From contig OX597826.1 in the NCBI GenBank assembly GCA_951406725.2, positions 50,840,001 through 50,904,000 of the forward strand: a stretch of 64,000 nucleotides of DNA. Direction: 5' to 3'. The notes under the pieces were generated by a model that worked only from the letters and a program-made list of their open reading frames with translations, was not told the DNA's origin and made no database searches. Position 1 is the stretch's first letter. Each line of letters begins with the position of its first letter. A program made the position numbers and the translations under genes. Origin of the DNA: Octopus vulgaris (Eukaryota). Positions 1-13,452 of the stretch are shown here, piece after piece.

Positions 1-288
1 CATGCTGGAGTACCGCCTTTAGTCGAGCAAATCGACCACCCGGACTTATTTTTTGTAAGCCTAGTACTTATTCTAAGTTACGGGGATGTAAACACGCCAG
101 CATCGGTTGTCAAGCGATGTTGGGGAGACAAACACAGACACACAAACATATACATACATGCATACATACATGCATGCATACATACATACATACATACACA
201 TACATACATAAATACATACATGCATACATACATACATGCATAAATACATACATGCATACATACATACATACATACATACATACGTACA

Positions 289-320
<32 letters not shown>

Positions 321-471
321 CAACGGGATTCTTTCAGTTTCCGTCTACCAAATTCACTCACAAGGCTTTGGGCGGCCCGAGGCTATAGTAGAAGACATTT
401 TCCCAAGGTGCTGAACCGGAACCATGTGGTTGTTAAGGAAGCTACTTACCACACAGCCACTCCTGCGCCTA
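1..471 (-). mobile_element. tRNA-derived SINE family A (CORE-like, internal microsatellite), 3' end cut by window edge
   Basis: Reverse complement of the family head GGCGCAGGAGTGGCTGTGTGGTAAG; internal (CATA)n; about 10 similar copies in the window. GCACCTTGGGCAAGTG in the family resembles the CORE-SINE domain (from recall). Confidence 0.85.
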
Positions 472-1000
472 TTACAACAGAATATTATGTACATTATAGT
501 TAATTTATATTTCATTTAAGTTACATAGGGTATGTGTGTGTTTATATGTGTATTAATGTGAGTGAGTTTATGTGTATGCGTTTCTGTGCATAAGTTTGTA
601 TGCGTACGTGTGTATATACGTGCGTATTTGTCTTTGTGTGCGAGTGCATGTGAGTTTTTGTATGTGTTTGTGTGTGTGTGTATGTGTGTGTGCGTGTCTT
701 TGCATGTTTGAGACAGAAATTTGTTTAAACGTTTGCCTATATTAAGGGCCAGCTTTATGTTAGTCTGTGTATTATGAGGTTTCCTCACTCATTTTATCGC
801 AAAAATACATGAGCTCAAGAATATTTATTAGAGGCGATATCGCTGGTATTGGTCTCATCCTCGGCCGTGGTGCGTGGACGAACCAATGAATGACCCTCTA
901 AGTAGTCACCTGAATCTGTTAGAAATATCAGGGAAATCTCTCTTCTAACAAATCCAAACATCTTTAAAAAATGGGAAGGAAATATTGAGTAATGTGATCC

Positions 1001-1383
1001 TACTTGTTTCAGTCATTTGACTGTGGCCATGCTGGAGCACCGCCTTTAGTCGAGCAAATCGACCCCAGGACTTATTCTTTGTAAGCCTAGTACTTATTCT
1101 ATCGGTCTCTTTTGCCGAACCGCTAAGTGACGGGGACGTAAACACACCAACATCGGTTGTCAAGCGATGTTGGGGGGACAAACACAGACACACAAACACA
1201 CACAAACACATATATACGATGAGCTTCTTTTAGTTTCCGTCTACCAAATCCACTCACAAAGCTTTGGTCGGCCCGAGACTATAGTAGAATACACTTGCCC
1301 AAGGTACCACACAATGAGACTGAAGCTGGAACCATGTGGTTGGTAAGCAAGCTACTTATCAAACAGCCAATCCTACGCCTATA
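1001..1383 (-). mobile_element. SINE family A copy
   Basis: Full head-to-tail match to other copies (tail ...CAGTCAAATGACTGAAACAAGTA); inserted into an older repeat spanning about 880-1480. Confidence 0.9.
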
Positions 1384-1619
1384 GGTGTGTGGAAAAATTA
1401 AACGGATGGCTATGGCTAGAACGCCTTTTCTCATAATTCAATTCATTCAAGCTGTAATGAAGACCAGAACAGTAGCAGCAACAGCAACAATAATAACGAA
1501 TACTGGTTTCAATCTCAAGCAAGAATGAAAAGCAAGGAAATTATTTTCTCTCTGCCAAGCACTGAGTCCCTATATATTTTAGAGATTAGGGGCTGAAAAT
1601 AAATGCTATCATATTCATG

Positions 1620-2015
1620 CTTTTTTCCAACGGCCATCAGCCATCAACCAGGTGAACTTTTTGTATCTAATGGTCAGCTTGCCAAGACTTCCCAGTTCCA
1701 TCTCTGTTGTGTTACATACGTACAATCAGCCAGGTTCTTGTTTCCTGTCCATTCTTCGATGACGTCAGCTCACAAAAGCCTTTGCCGGCCTCTTTTTCTC
1801 TTCCTGTCAGGATTCTTTGAGACAATGATTCATGGTGCATCGCATGTCCAAAATATGATAGCTTTGTGATGGATTCTCAACAATATGTGACTTTGTACTT
1901 TCAGCTGTTTTAGTACTGCAGTGTTTGCTATCCTGTCTTTCCAGCTTATTCTGCTTAATTTGCGGAAGATCCACATCTCAAAGGCATCTATCTTCTTTTC
2001 TATTGTTCTGTACAT
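1620..2015 (-). mobile_element. RTE-clade LINE 3' fragment (decayed)
   Basis: Translation KKIDAFEMWIFRKLSRISWKDRIANTAVL followed by a frameshifted GKRKRGR-like segment, typical of RTE ORF C-termini. Confidence 0.8.
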
Positions 2016-3208
2016 TGTACAGATTTTTCCTCGTCGAGGACAATTGGAAAAGATATCAGAGTCGTAAATAGAGCTGAAGACTACTTCAATCAGAAATCCA
2101 AACCGTATCGAATAGTTTGCAAATAAGGAACTTACGTGTTTCACTCCTCCACTCGATGTTCTATATATAAATGTTGGCTACTTTTTTCAACAAGGTACAA
2201 AAGATATATTTTTTAGACAGATCTGGTATCAGAGAAAGAAATGGGTTAAAATAGCCACGGCCACAACCGCACATTGGAACTGTATTTCTGACCAAACCAC
2301 AGAGATGCAACGATGCTTCAAAAACCTTAACAAATAGATATAAAATAGCATTTAAAAATGTTTGTAATTTCTCAATGGTTGAAACGGATCCTTCAAGCGA
2401 CGTCAGTTCAAAACGTACTTCCGATGATTCGATCTCAGCACACTGTCTCACACCCATCCACATTGCCAGACAGAAACAGCTCCGCGATTTCTTTTCTATT
2501 TGAAGCAAAACATTCTTTATTTTCAATGGAATGCCTGAGTTTAAGGTCATTAACGTTATCAGGAATGTAAATAAACCGTAATAGCGAAAACGAAGAACGA
2601 AGAATCGGAATTGCTGACATTTCAACCGCACACATGTACAGTTCCTGTTTCGTTATATTGTTGTTGTTGATGATGATGATGATGACGACGACGACGACCA
2701 CCACCACCACCACCACCTCTTCTTCTCTTCTTCTTCTTCTTCTTCTTCTTCTTCTTCTTCTTCTTCTTCTTCTTCTTCTTCTTCTTCTACTCCTCCTCCT
2801 CCTCGCCGATTACTTTCATATAATTCTGCACTCCATAGCATTCGATCGGCCAAAAAACTGTCGTTTCAGGTAAAACAATTGCCAGGTGTTCAGTTCTTAA
2901 GGTCATAAGTGTTTACAAACAACGAGAGAACGTGAAGTGATTCTTTTTTGCAATGGTGGACCTGGAAGCTTTAAACGATAACGTGCAAATATTGAGTAAA
3001 AAACCCCTTGGCTACAAAAAGTCGAACACTCCTCGTGGGATTCGAACCTACGACTGTTAACATAGCAAGCTAACAGGTGTTTCTGTCATGTTTACAGCCT
3101 TCGATCCTTTTGTATCCAGGGTTTTCTTAATCCAATACTTGTACGCTATTATTGATAGCTTTATTTTCGTAACGATCCACCGTTCCCTAAAAGAATCACA
3201 CACACACA

Positions 3209-3267
<59 letters not shown>

Positions 3268-3335
3268 ACGCACACACATCCTCAACTCTCCGTTTTCTTA
3301 CCTTATATATATGCTGTGTGTGTGTATGTATGTAT

Positions 3336-3376
<41 letters not shown>

Positions 3377-3442
3377 ATCAAAATAAGCAACAAGGATATC
3401 CAGAGGTAATGCAGTACGATCGTATCATGCGACTCCATTTAA

Positions 3443-3487
<45 letters not shown>

Positions 3488-4169
3488 ATATATATATATA
3501 TATCAGTATATATACATATAAATTTGACATGGGCGATACTTTCTTGTCTTGGAATTCACGGTCAAACGTGGAATTGCACGAAAAATTACACAGATGTGTA
3601 GAATGATCTGGTGGTGATGCTGCTCTTTGTATTCTTTTTTTATAGCTCCTAGGGTTACCGAGATAATTTACTATAATAATATTCTTGTATTTATGAATGA
3701 AAAAGGAAGGGGTGATAGATGAATAAGGAAGTAAGGGGGTGATGTCATACTTGGTAGTGGGATGATGAAAATTGTACGCTGAAAAAATAAATCAAACAGC
3801 GTTTCAACTCTCTGTAAATATATGTGTGTGTATGTAAATAAAAGGGGTGGTATGGGAATGTTTGTGAGTGTGCGTCTGTTTGTGTGTTTGTGTGTGCGTG
3901 CGTGTGTGCGCGCAATGGAAGTGGGATGGTTCATCTTTGTTCGCTTAGTATTTGGGTTTAGCTTTTGATTTGGTTGAATCTTGGTTGTTTTCTCTTTGTT
4001 GGTCAGTGATTTTTAGCGTTTTGATAGCCTAAGCGATTGTTGCCTGCAGAACGTACGCATGTACGGAAAACTATTTGTAGCTCGATAAACACATATAGTT
4101 GAAACGTTTAGTAATATTGACCTCTCATTGAATAGAGTACTTTTCATAATGACTTCTACGCTGTTAATT

Positions 4170-4242
<73 letters not shown>

Positions 4243-4244
<2 letters not shown>

Positions 4245-4430
4245 AATACAAAATATGGGAACCCAACTGGCGACAACAAAACATCCAGACAGTTGGATGA
4301 TGCAAAAAGAGACAAGAAAAATCAAAGACTGGTCATTCAGAGTTTTCTTTCGTCAGTCGAGTTCCAGATTATCTTTGCAGTTTCGGCTGGTTATACTCGA
4401 GACTGCTCCAATCTGGCCAGCCCCTTGTAA
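4243..4430 (-). repeat. Short (TA)n-adjacent element with CGAAA...CTGACGA motif (Penelope pLTR-like)
   Basis: Abuts the (TA)n tract at 4175-4242; motif at 4350-4384; same architecture at about 9850, 27100/27320 and 28400. Confidence 0.45.
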
Positions 4431-5019
4431 CTTAGCTATTTCTTTATTTTGTGTAGTAAATGAAAAAAAAACCCACTCAAATAGATAAATAAAACATTAA
4501 TATCTCTAGGATGCTGACATCTTCAGTACAACTGACCGCTTAGCTTATAGCATTATCGTCCATCTACTGCAACAACTGAATTATAAAGAAGGCCAGAAAC
4601 TGTGTCAGAAGTTCAACGAATTTGAGATTTAATGTAAGTCTTCAGTTTATGTTGAATCAAGGAATATATACATTACAAAGCTCATATTTAGCATCACTTC
4701 CATCGGTTTTCAGTAACTTTGAAACCTGACCACACTAAAATCTCTTCTTTCTCCCTCCCGCGAAGAATAATATATCGTTGTTATGAAAGCCGTCGGTCAT
4801 GTACGCTGGAAAAGTTGATTTATGTTACGTGTTCACAGTTTGTGGAGGTCTCTCGTGGTTAAAGTAGTATTTCATTAAAGAGACAAACTGATCGATAGAT
4901 AGATAAATTGTAATGTTGACAGGTGAGTATATCATTTAATAAGTGGATTGCTAGGTGAATAGAAATATAGACCGAAAAATCAATACCTTGAAAACTCTCT
5001 CATCCTATGCATTTTTATT

Positions 5020-5253
<234 letters not shown>

Positions 5254-5457
5254 GACATTTCTGTGATACACGATCCCTATTGATCGCCCCCACCTTATTT
5301 TTCTATTTTTTTCTTTTTCTTTTTCTTTTTTTTCACGATCCCTTTTGATCGGGATTCGCCCACTCTTTTTCCCGCTTCCCTTCTTCCCAAAAAGAAAAGC
5401 TCTACTTTGTATTTTGTCCCTTCTGTGTTTAGCCCTGCGTGACCAATAAAGAAATAT
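5254..5457 (+). mobile_element. Probable LINE 3' UTR fragment embedded in (TATC)n
   Basis: Pyrimidine-rich; ends TGTCCCTTCTGTGTTTAGCCCTGCGTGACCAATAAAGAAATA, closely similar to the SINE B tail; TATC repeats on both sides. Confidence 0.5.
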
Positions 5458-5619
5458 ATCTATCTATCTGTGTGTCTGTGTGTCTGTCTAGCTAGCTATC
5501 TCTATACTATGCATATACAGATACACATGCATGTAAGTAGGTGCAAGTATATACACACACACACACACATATATATGGAAGTACGTACATGCGTATATAT
5601 ACACATTTTTCATATATAC

Positions 5620-6085
5620 AAACATAATAACTGCAACTCGATTTTGAGCAATGCCATCGCTTGACTGTTTTCATGAAGCAGCACAGATGTGGCTTTTCAA
5701 TCCTGCTAGAGACCTACACTCTTTTACATAGATGTGGTAACAATGGGCACCTCCTACAGCAGATGTTCAGAAAGCTTACCACTGACGCTGACACATTCCA
5801 TCTTTCCATCATGGAATTACAATGTAACACGACTTCTGTCCTTGGGTAGCAACTGTTATTTCTTATTTTTCTTACCCTAGAAAGTTTGAAAAATGGCAAA
5901 TATTTCCTTCAAACTTTGCTTTTGTTACATGTATTCAAACCCCAGAGAATCCCTTTCAACACATGGCTATGATGCTCCTTCTCTACTCCTGCTCATGATC
6001 AGAGATGCACATATTGTTAGCCGCTAAGGGACATGCTCAAGTAGTTAAGATCAAACAAATGGCAAGCGAATCTGTGGTATTGAAT
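5620..6085 (-). mobile_element. Mosaic retroposon: module shared with the 54509 repeat plus RTE-like 3' end
   Basis: 5930-6085 is the reverse complement of part of the 54509/55099 unit; downstream encodes CRSLAGLKSH (zinc-finger-like RTE C-terminus) and ends in the CTCAAAATCGAG hairpin. Confidence 0.6.
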
Positions 6086-6548
6086 ACATTATTTACAATA
6101 ATGATTTTTCTGCCTCAGCAACTCAGCGCTGAATCTGTTTGAAATGTAATGGAAAATAGGTCAGTTTCGAAACGTTGATGCCCAGGTCACAAAAGCCAAG
6201 TTTGAATGGAATAGTAGTCGTTTCCTTTGATTTCTAGATAGAAGCAAATAGGAGATAACACTCACTGACCAAAGAAAAAAATTGTCACCGTGTTATTCAA
6301 TGGTGTTTTGCATTTTTTGGCTATGGTCAGGATAATGTGCTAAAATGAAGCAGGGCTTGAATCTTTTTAAAGTGAGGAAAGACTTTGTTCAGGACTAATC
6401 CCACTTTCTAAACAATGTATGCATTTGCCTAAAAAGAACTGGATGCAAACGAAATCGCAGCTGTTAGGTCAGTTTTCCTTCTCCTGCAGAGATATCTAAA
6501 CAAAGACTAGGGATCGCTCACTTCCAGCTGTTGGATAACCATTGGCTT

Positions 6549-7211
6549 GGATCTTTTACCTTTTGACCGACTGATTTAAAAAATAATTTTTTATAACTAA
6601 ACACTTACAAACTTCGGACACTGGTAGAATGTGTCGTATAAAACATCTTTTACTCCTAGCATTTTTGAGAAAAGCTTATATTTAGGAAGTTATTTCACGT
6701 TAAAGTAGTCGTATTTCAGAAATTTCAACCAATCAATGACGTGCATTCAGCTGAATAAAAATTACTGCCGTTGTTTGTCAACAACTATCGGCGGTGTATT
6801 TTTCGTTTGTCACTGTTATTTATGACATCGTTCGTGCGTTTGTACTGGTTTTAAGGTTTTAGGGTTTTAGTGTTAGGGTTAGGGTGAGGGTTTTAGGATT
6901 AGAGTTAGGGTTAAGGTTTTAGGGGTTAGGGTTGTCATAAATAACAGTGACAAACGAAATATACACCGCCGGAAGTTCTTGTCGACAAACAACAGCAGTA
7001 ATTTTATTCAGCTGAATACACGTCATTGATTGGTTGAAATTACCGAAATAAGACAACTTTAAAGTGAAATAACTTCCTAAATATAAACTTTTCTCAAAAA
7101 CGCTAAGAGTAAAAGATGTTTTATATGACACATTCTACCAGTGTTCTAAGTCTGTAAGTGTTTAGTTACAAAAAAATATTTTTTGAATCTGTCGGTCAAA
7201 AGTAAAGATCC
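6549..7211. mobile_element. Foldback MITE (GGATCTTT...AAAGATCC) with about 280-bp arms and a telomere-like loop
   Basis: Arms about 6549-6828 and 6933-7211 are reverse complements; 8-bp TSD ATTGGCTT/GTTGGCTT; loop has degenerate TTAGGG repeats. Confidence 0.9.
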
Positions 7212-7400
7212 GTTGGCTTTACTGATCTCATACGTCCCTTGAAAGGTTTCGTTTTTCGACCTGCAGCGTGTCCAATGAAAACCATACTGTTTACCACGCA
7301 GGTTTGTTAGTGTTGCCGATTTAATCGCCGATCATCCCATCATGCAGCAGATTGTATTGTGTTACATGTTACCAGTAGCACTAAGAGTGACCTGACCTGT

Positions 7401-7615
7401 CATACATACAAACATACATACATACATACATACATACATACATACATACATACATACATACATACACACACATACATACATACATACACACACATACATA
7501 CATACATACACACACATACATACATACATACATACATACATACACACATACATACATACATACATACATACATACACACACACATACATTCATACATACA
7601 CATACATACATACAT

Positions 7616-7648
<33 letters not shown>

Positions 7649-7795
7649 TACATACATACATACATACATACATACATACATACATACATACACATACATA
7701 CATACATTCATACATACATACATACATACATACATACATACATACATACATACATACATACATACATACATACATACATACATACATACATACAA
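7401..7795. repeat. (CATA)n/(CA)n microsatellite
   Basis: Direct reading. Confidence 0.95.
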
Positions 7796-7802
7796 ACAGA
7801 AA

Positions 7803-8115
7803 CAGCTGGCAGAAACGTTAGCACGCCGGGCGAAATGCTTAGTGGTATTTCGTCTGCGTTACGTTGTGAGTTCGAATTCCGCCGAGGTCGACTTTGCCTT
7901 TCATCCTTTCGGGGTCGATAAATTAAGTACCAGTTACGCACTGGAGTCGATGTAATCGACTTAATACTTATGTCTGTCCTTGTTTGTCCCCTCTGGGTTT
8001 AGCCCCTTGTGGGTAATAAAGAAATAGTTAATTCGTCTGCCGCTACGTTCTTAATCCCTTTGTCCTTGTTTGTCCCCTCTATGTTTAGCCCCTTGTGGGC
8101 AATAAAGAAATAAGA
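7803..8115 (+). mobile_element. tRNA-derived SINE family B with duplicated tail
   Basis: GCTGGCAGAAACGTTAGCAC head, GTTCGAATTCC B-box, central GCCTTTCATCCTTTCGGGGTCGATAAATTAAGTACCAG; tail present twice. Confidence 0.85.
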
Positions 8116-8717
8116 AACACCCTGTTGTTGATGTTGAAATTCCAATAAAGGAACCTTGGATTTAGGTTAGAAACCGGTTCTTTCTCTGTTGGCAAGAAAT
8201 CTTGAAATAAACTGAGCAATGACGTACATACAAGCTTCTATCTATATATCTGTCTGTCTCTCTTTCTCTCCCACTCCCGTCCACAAACACACACATATAC
8301 AAAGACATACACACACACACGCACAAGCACACACACATACATACATACATACATATATCGAGAGACATATCTTTAATGTACATACTACAGATATCGACAA
8401 ACATACATATACGTACGTGCACCTGTGCACACCCAGGCACAATTTTATTATAGTTAAGAGCTTATATAAGAAAATTATATAAGCACACTGTGCATTGAAT
8501 TGTTTTGATCCTGTTTGTATAAACACGAGCGTTTGTGTACATATGTATGCGTATGTACGTGTACATAAAGAAAAAGTTTTTTTAAATTAACCGACAAATT
8601 CAATACGTGACGTTGATAAGCACACTTTTTTTTTTTAAAGTCTGTAACTTATAAAAGTATCGTCAAACACGAATAACACGAGGTGGACTGACCACTGTTG
8701 CGGATTTCTTTTTTCTC

Positions 8718-9066
<349 letters not shown>

Positions 9067-9395
9067 CTACTCTTATTTATTTCCTGATTTCTATTTTTAT
9101 ACCTTTTGTCATATCCTTATCGTGGTTTCTCTTTTGATTGACGTAAACCTCACCTCTTTCTCTCTTGTGTTTCGTCCTTTCATGTTGACCTCAATCTCTT
9201 CGGCCCTTGTGGCCAACAAAAGGTCATCATCAACATCATCGTCGTCGTCGTCGTCGTTGTCGTTCTTGTTATTATACGACTTAGCCTTTCGTCTTTTCGA
9301 GGTCGATAAATTGAGTAGCAGTCAAGTACTGGAGTCGATGACATCGATTAGTTCCCTCCCCCAAAATTTCAGGCCTTGTGCCTATAATAGAAAGG

Positions 9396-9437
<42 letters not shown>

Positions 9438-9581
9438 GATTACTGATAATGTTTCGCCTCACATTATCACTTTTGATCTCAGCCTGGTTCTTTTAATATA
9501 TTTATTCATCTTATACAGTTTGAACGACCAAATTTGGTGACACTTCGAAGTCACTGTCATCGCATACATATACATACCCCC

Positions 9582-9620
<39 letters not shown>

Positions 9621-9704
9621 ACACTCATATAAATAATATATAAATATATGCATATATACATACATATATGTACATACTTACATATATATGTATACATACA
9701 TGCA

Positions 9705-9885
9705 TATATGGGTACAGGACATAAAAAAAAAACATTGAACACAAAGAGAAACGAAAACATAACAAAAACATAGAAAACGAATTTTTTTCCCGAACGACGA
9801 TAAAAACAGAGAAACGAGACATGCAACATAAAGAATATTTCCCCTTCATCAGTTGTCCCTGTTTCATCAACTCCGCGTTTCGAAA
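9705..9885 (-). repeat. (TA)-adjacent element with CGAAAC...CTGATGAAG motif (Penelope pLTR-like)
   Basis: Motif at 9846-9881; U-rich tail runs into a TA-rich tract. Confidence 0.5.
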
Positions 9886-10435
9886 TTATAAATGTAACGT
9901 ACACTACATGTACGGTACATTCATAATTTAATAGACAGAATTGGAAATAAATACATATTGTTCGAGAATACCACAAGTAAACCTAAGAATTTGAAAGAGC
10001 AGGCAGTATATTAATCAATACATCGTTAAGACTGAAGCATGCGTGTTAGTTTCTTTGATTTCAAGATATCGGCAAATCATTGAATGCGGAAGAGATCGTA
10101 TGCTTCGTATCGTCTGACTTAATCAATTGGGGTAGTGACGTCAAGGCATGACGATGCAACCAATTCTTTCATCATGCAAGATGTATAAGGTTATACTCCG
10201 GTTTCCTTGAAATGCAATTAAGGAAAAATATGTATACACGGGTATGTAATATATACTTATATACACACACAATACACTGCGCCCTAGAATTTGACTGGTA
10301 CTTTATTTATCGACTTCGAAAGGATGGAAGGCAAAGTTGACATCGGCGGTATTTGAACTCAGAAGACACATGTATATATACATACATACACGGAATATCG
10401 AAAGCATGAACTTTTCAGGTAAAATTGTGACTATA

Positions 10436-10600
10436 GGCGTAGGAGTGGCTGTGTGGTAATTAGCTTGCTTACCAACCACATGGTTCCGGCTTCAGTCCCA
10501 CTGCGTGGCACCTTGGGCAAGTGTCTTCTACTATAGCCCCGCGCCGACCAAAGCCTTGTGAGTGGACTTGGTAGACGGAAACTGAAAGAAGCCCGTCGTA

Positions 10601-10684
<84 letters not shown>

Positions 10685-11108
10685 TGTGTATATGTTTGTA
10701 TGTCTGTGTTTGTCTCCCAACATCGCTTGACAACCGATGCTGGTGTGTTTACGTCCCCGTAACTTAGCGGTTCGGCAAAAGTGACCGATAGAATAAGTAC
10801 TAGGCTTACAAAGAATAAGTCCTGGGGTCGGATCTTTTCTATTCTGAAGCCAGTTTTTTCAAATTTTTCCTACTGAACCAAACAATTTGAAACTTTGTAT
10901 ACTGGTAGAATGTGTCAATAGTTCCAACTGGCGAATAAACTAGTTCCACTCTATGAGTACACAAAGTTTCAAATTATTTAGTTAACTAGAAAGATCTGGG
11001 GTCCTGGCCACAAATTTGAAAAGATCCCTGGGGTCGATTTGCTCGACTAAAGGCGGTGCTCCAGCATGGCTACAGTCAAATGACTGAAACAAGTAAAAGA
11101 ATAAAAGA
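10436..11108 (+). mobile_element. SINE family A copy interrupted by a MITE
   Basis: Complete family A sequence split at CTGGGGTC by a 198-bp insertion. Confidence 0.9.
10830..11027. mobile_element. GGATC-family MITE (Merlin-like termini)
   Basis: GGATCTTTTC...GAAAAGATCC; perfect 8-bp TSD CTGGGGTC (10822-10829, 11028-11035); shares ACTGGTAGAATGTGTC with the 6549 element. Confidence 0.9.
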
Positions 11109-11583
11109 GAGAGTATCTAATAAACCCTGTGCAAATACTTAACCGGGACAATAAAAATATGCAATACTTCTATAAAGTTTAACGTGTAACATTTCACAGT
11201 TGCTATTAACTAAACCACCACAATTATTTGGTTATTTGTTAAAAACCAGAAGCCTCTATATAGTTAGAATTCAAACACTTAAAATGAAAGGTAATATAGA
11301 TTCGTATATAAGAGACACATACCTACAGAATGACAGTATTGGACACTGATGATATGACGTGGCTGATTGGACATTTTGGCGGTGGAGACAACACATATAC
11401 ACCCGTATGCATAAATATAGAAAGAGTGTGTGAGTGTGTATGCGCGCGTGCATTTGCAAGAGAGAAAATAGAGTGAGTGAGTGAGAGGGAGGGAAGAAGA
11501 GAGGGACATCACAATTTTTTTAATTGAATAGAATTAACACAAATAAATACATTATTATACTTCTCACACACATATGGCAATAT

Positions 11584-11650
<67 letters not shown>

Positions 11651-12072
11651 GAAAGAGTGAAAGAGAGATAGATATATAGAGATAGAGATAGTGAGAGAGA
11701 GTGTGAGAGAGGAAGGAGGGAAGGAGAGAACGAAGGAAGTATTAAAACGTCTGACGTGAAATAAGTCAGCGATGAATCAGTGGCGCCTAAAAGGCTGTGC
11801 CAAGACGTCTCATAGCCATGTAAATACATGCCTGTGCATATCAATACACAAATGCATATAGACTTACATGCATAAATGAATCGATTATTTTACTAGTGTA
11901 CGAAATTCCTAAATATTTCAAATCTATAACAATTATTGTTAATAATTCTTGGTGCTTCAAAAACTACACGCTAATAGAAAGACTTCTTGTGCCTTCCGCG
12001 CTCGCTCGCGGTGTTTTTTAGAATCTCCTAGAATTCTTGGACGCTATAATACAAAGATCTTCTATAGGCGTA

Positions 12073-12298
12073 TAGTGCTAAAAGGTCTAGAAATATCAGC
12101 AAAAGACGAGAAATATGCAACTCCGGTAGTGGATCTGCTAGCTCGCGTGATTTCTGCATATTTGCGTGTCTGCAGTGATAGTGGATACTTGCTACTGATG
12201 ACGCGCAAATACGCAAAAATCACATGAACTAGCAGTTCCACCGCCGGGGCTCCACTTTTTTTTGCCTGCTACTGATCGTTCTGTACTTTTTTGCACTA
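12073..12298. mobile_element. Palindromic MITE with TA TSD (TAGTGC...GCACTA)
   Basis: Imperfect full-length palindrome (e.g. GTGATTTCTGCATATTTGCG / CGCAAATACGCAAAAATCAC), flanked by TA. Confidence 0.75.
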
Positions 12299-12722
12299 TA
12301 CTTAAATACAAGATGCATTCTCAAGACGAATACTGCAGTATTACGGCTTTCATACAGTATATACACATTAATAGGATTTACAGATGAAATGCAAATTTGA
12401 AATGTTCAAAACTGACAAAATGATATTAAATAACAATAGCTGAACTCAAAACAACCTTGTCGGAGTTGGCTCATTAGTAGATAATATTCTTCCTAGTCAC
12501 TGGTGCTTGTCAATGGTTGGGAATGTACATTTATGTATATAATATTGTGATAGTGCGTATGTACAATTGTATAGTATATCTACACAATTCTGTAGGAGTT
12601 GTGTATTGTAATGTATACAAAAGGAAGTATATAGGTACAAGAAGAAAAATAATTTTCAACTAGTAATAAGCACGCCTCATTCGCTTTGGTACCGCCTTTA
12701 AATGAATAAATAATTGTGCATA

Positions 12723-13452
12723 TACAGGCTTTTGAAATAATTTTGAAATATCTATAAAACTGTCAAAAGCTTGTTTATTTTTAGGCTTTTTGATTTGTTA
12801 TTAGTGTTGCTTAATATGCATTGCTAAAATTGCTGTTTCTTTTTAGATATCATCAGCAAAAGTTAATTAAAATTCATAAAAATCAAATATCTATTGGACT
12901 TTCAAAGAGGTCAAATTGTTGGTGCTCGTATGGCAGGCGCTAGCGTAATGAAAACAGCCGAAATGTTTGGTGTATCAAGAAGTACTGTCTCGAAAGTAAT
13001 GACAGCCTTTGAGAAAGAGGGGGAAAACCTCCTCGTCGAAACAAAATTCCGGAAGAAAACTAAAACTTTCAGATAGGGACCGCCGGACTCTTACGCGAAT
13101 TGTTTGAAAAGATCACAAAAGAACAGCACTCAAAATTACTGCAGAGCTTAATGACCACTTTGAGAACCCAGTTTCCACAAAAACTGTTCGTCGGGAGCTG
13201 CACAAAGCTGAATTTCACGGGAGGGCTGCAATCAGAAAACCACCACTTACAAAAACAAACGTTGCAAAGCGTTTAGAGTGGAGTAAAAACCTACAGAATT
13301 GGTCCCTAGAGCAGTGGAAGAATGTTATTTTCTCAGACGAGTTATCCTTTAACTTATTTCAGACCACCGGTCGAGTATACGTGCGGAGACAGTCAAAAGA
13401 AGCATTTGACCCAGACTGCCTTCTTCCAACTGTTAAACATGGAGGAGAATCT
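12723..13452 (+). mobile_element. Tc1 transposon 5' half, transposase pseudogene
   Basis: DFQRGQIVGARMAGASV paired-like HTH; after a frameshift SGRK..LSDRDRR, WKNVIFSDE, PTVKHGG; in-frame stop; truncated at a MITE arm. Confidence 0.9.

Noticed and set aside
2400-2660. Possible transposase C-terminal fragment (minus)
   Set aside because: No diagnostic motif or TIR pair found.
3020-3055. tRNA-like B-box (GTAGGTTCGAATCCCAC, minus)
   Set aside because: No D-arm or complete cloverleaf; probably a SINE or tRNA fragment.
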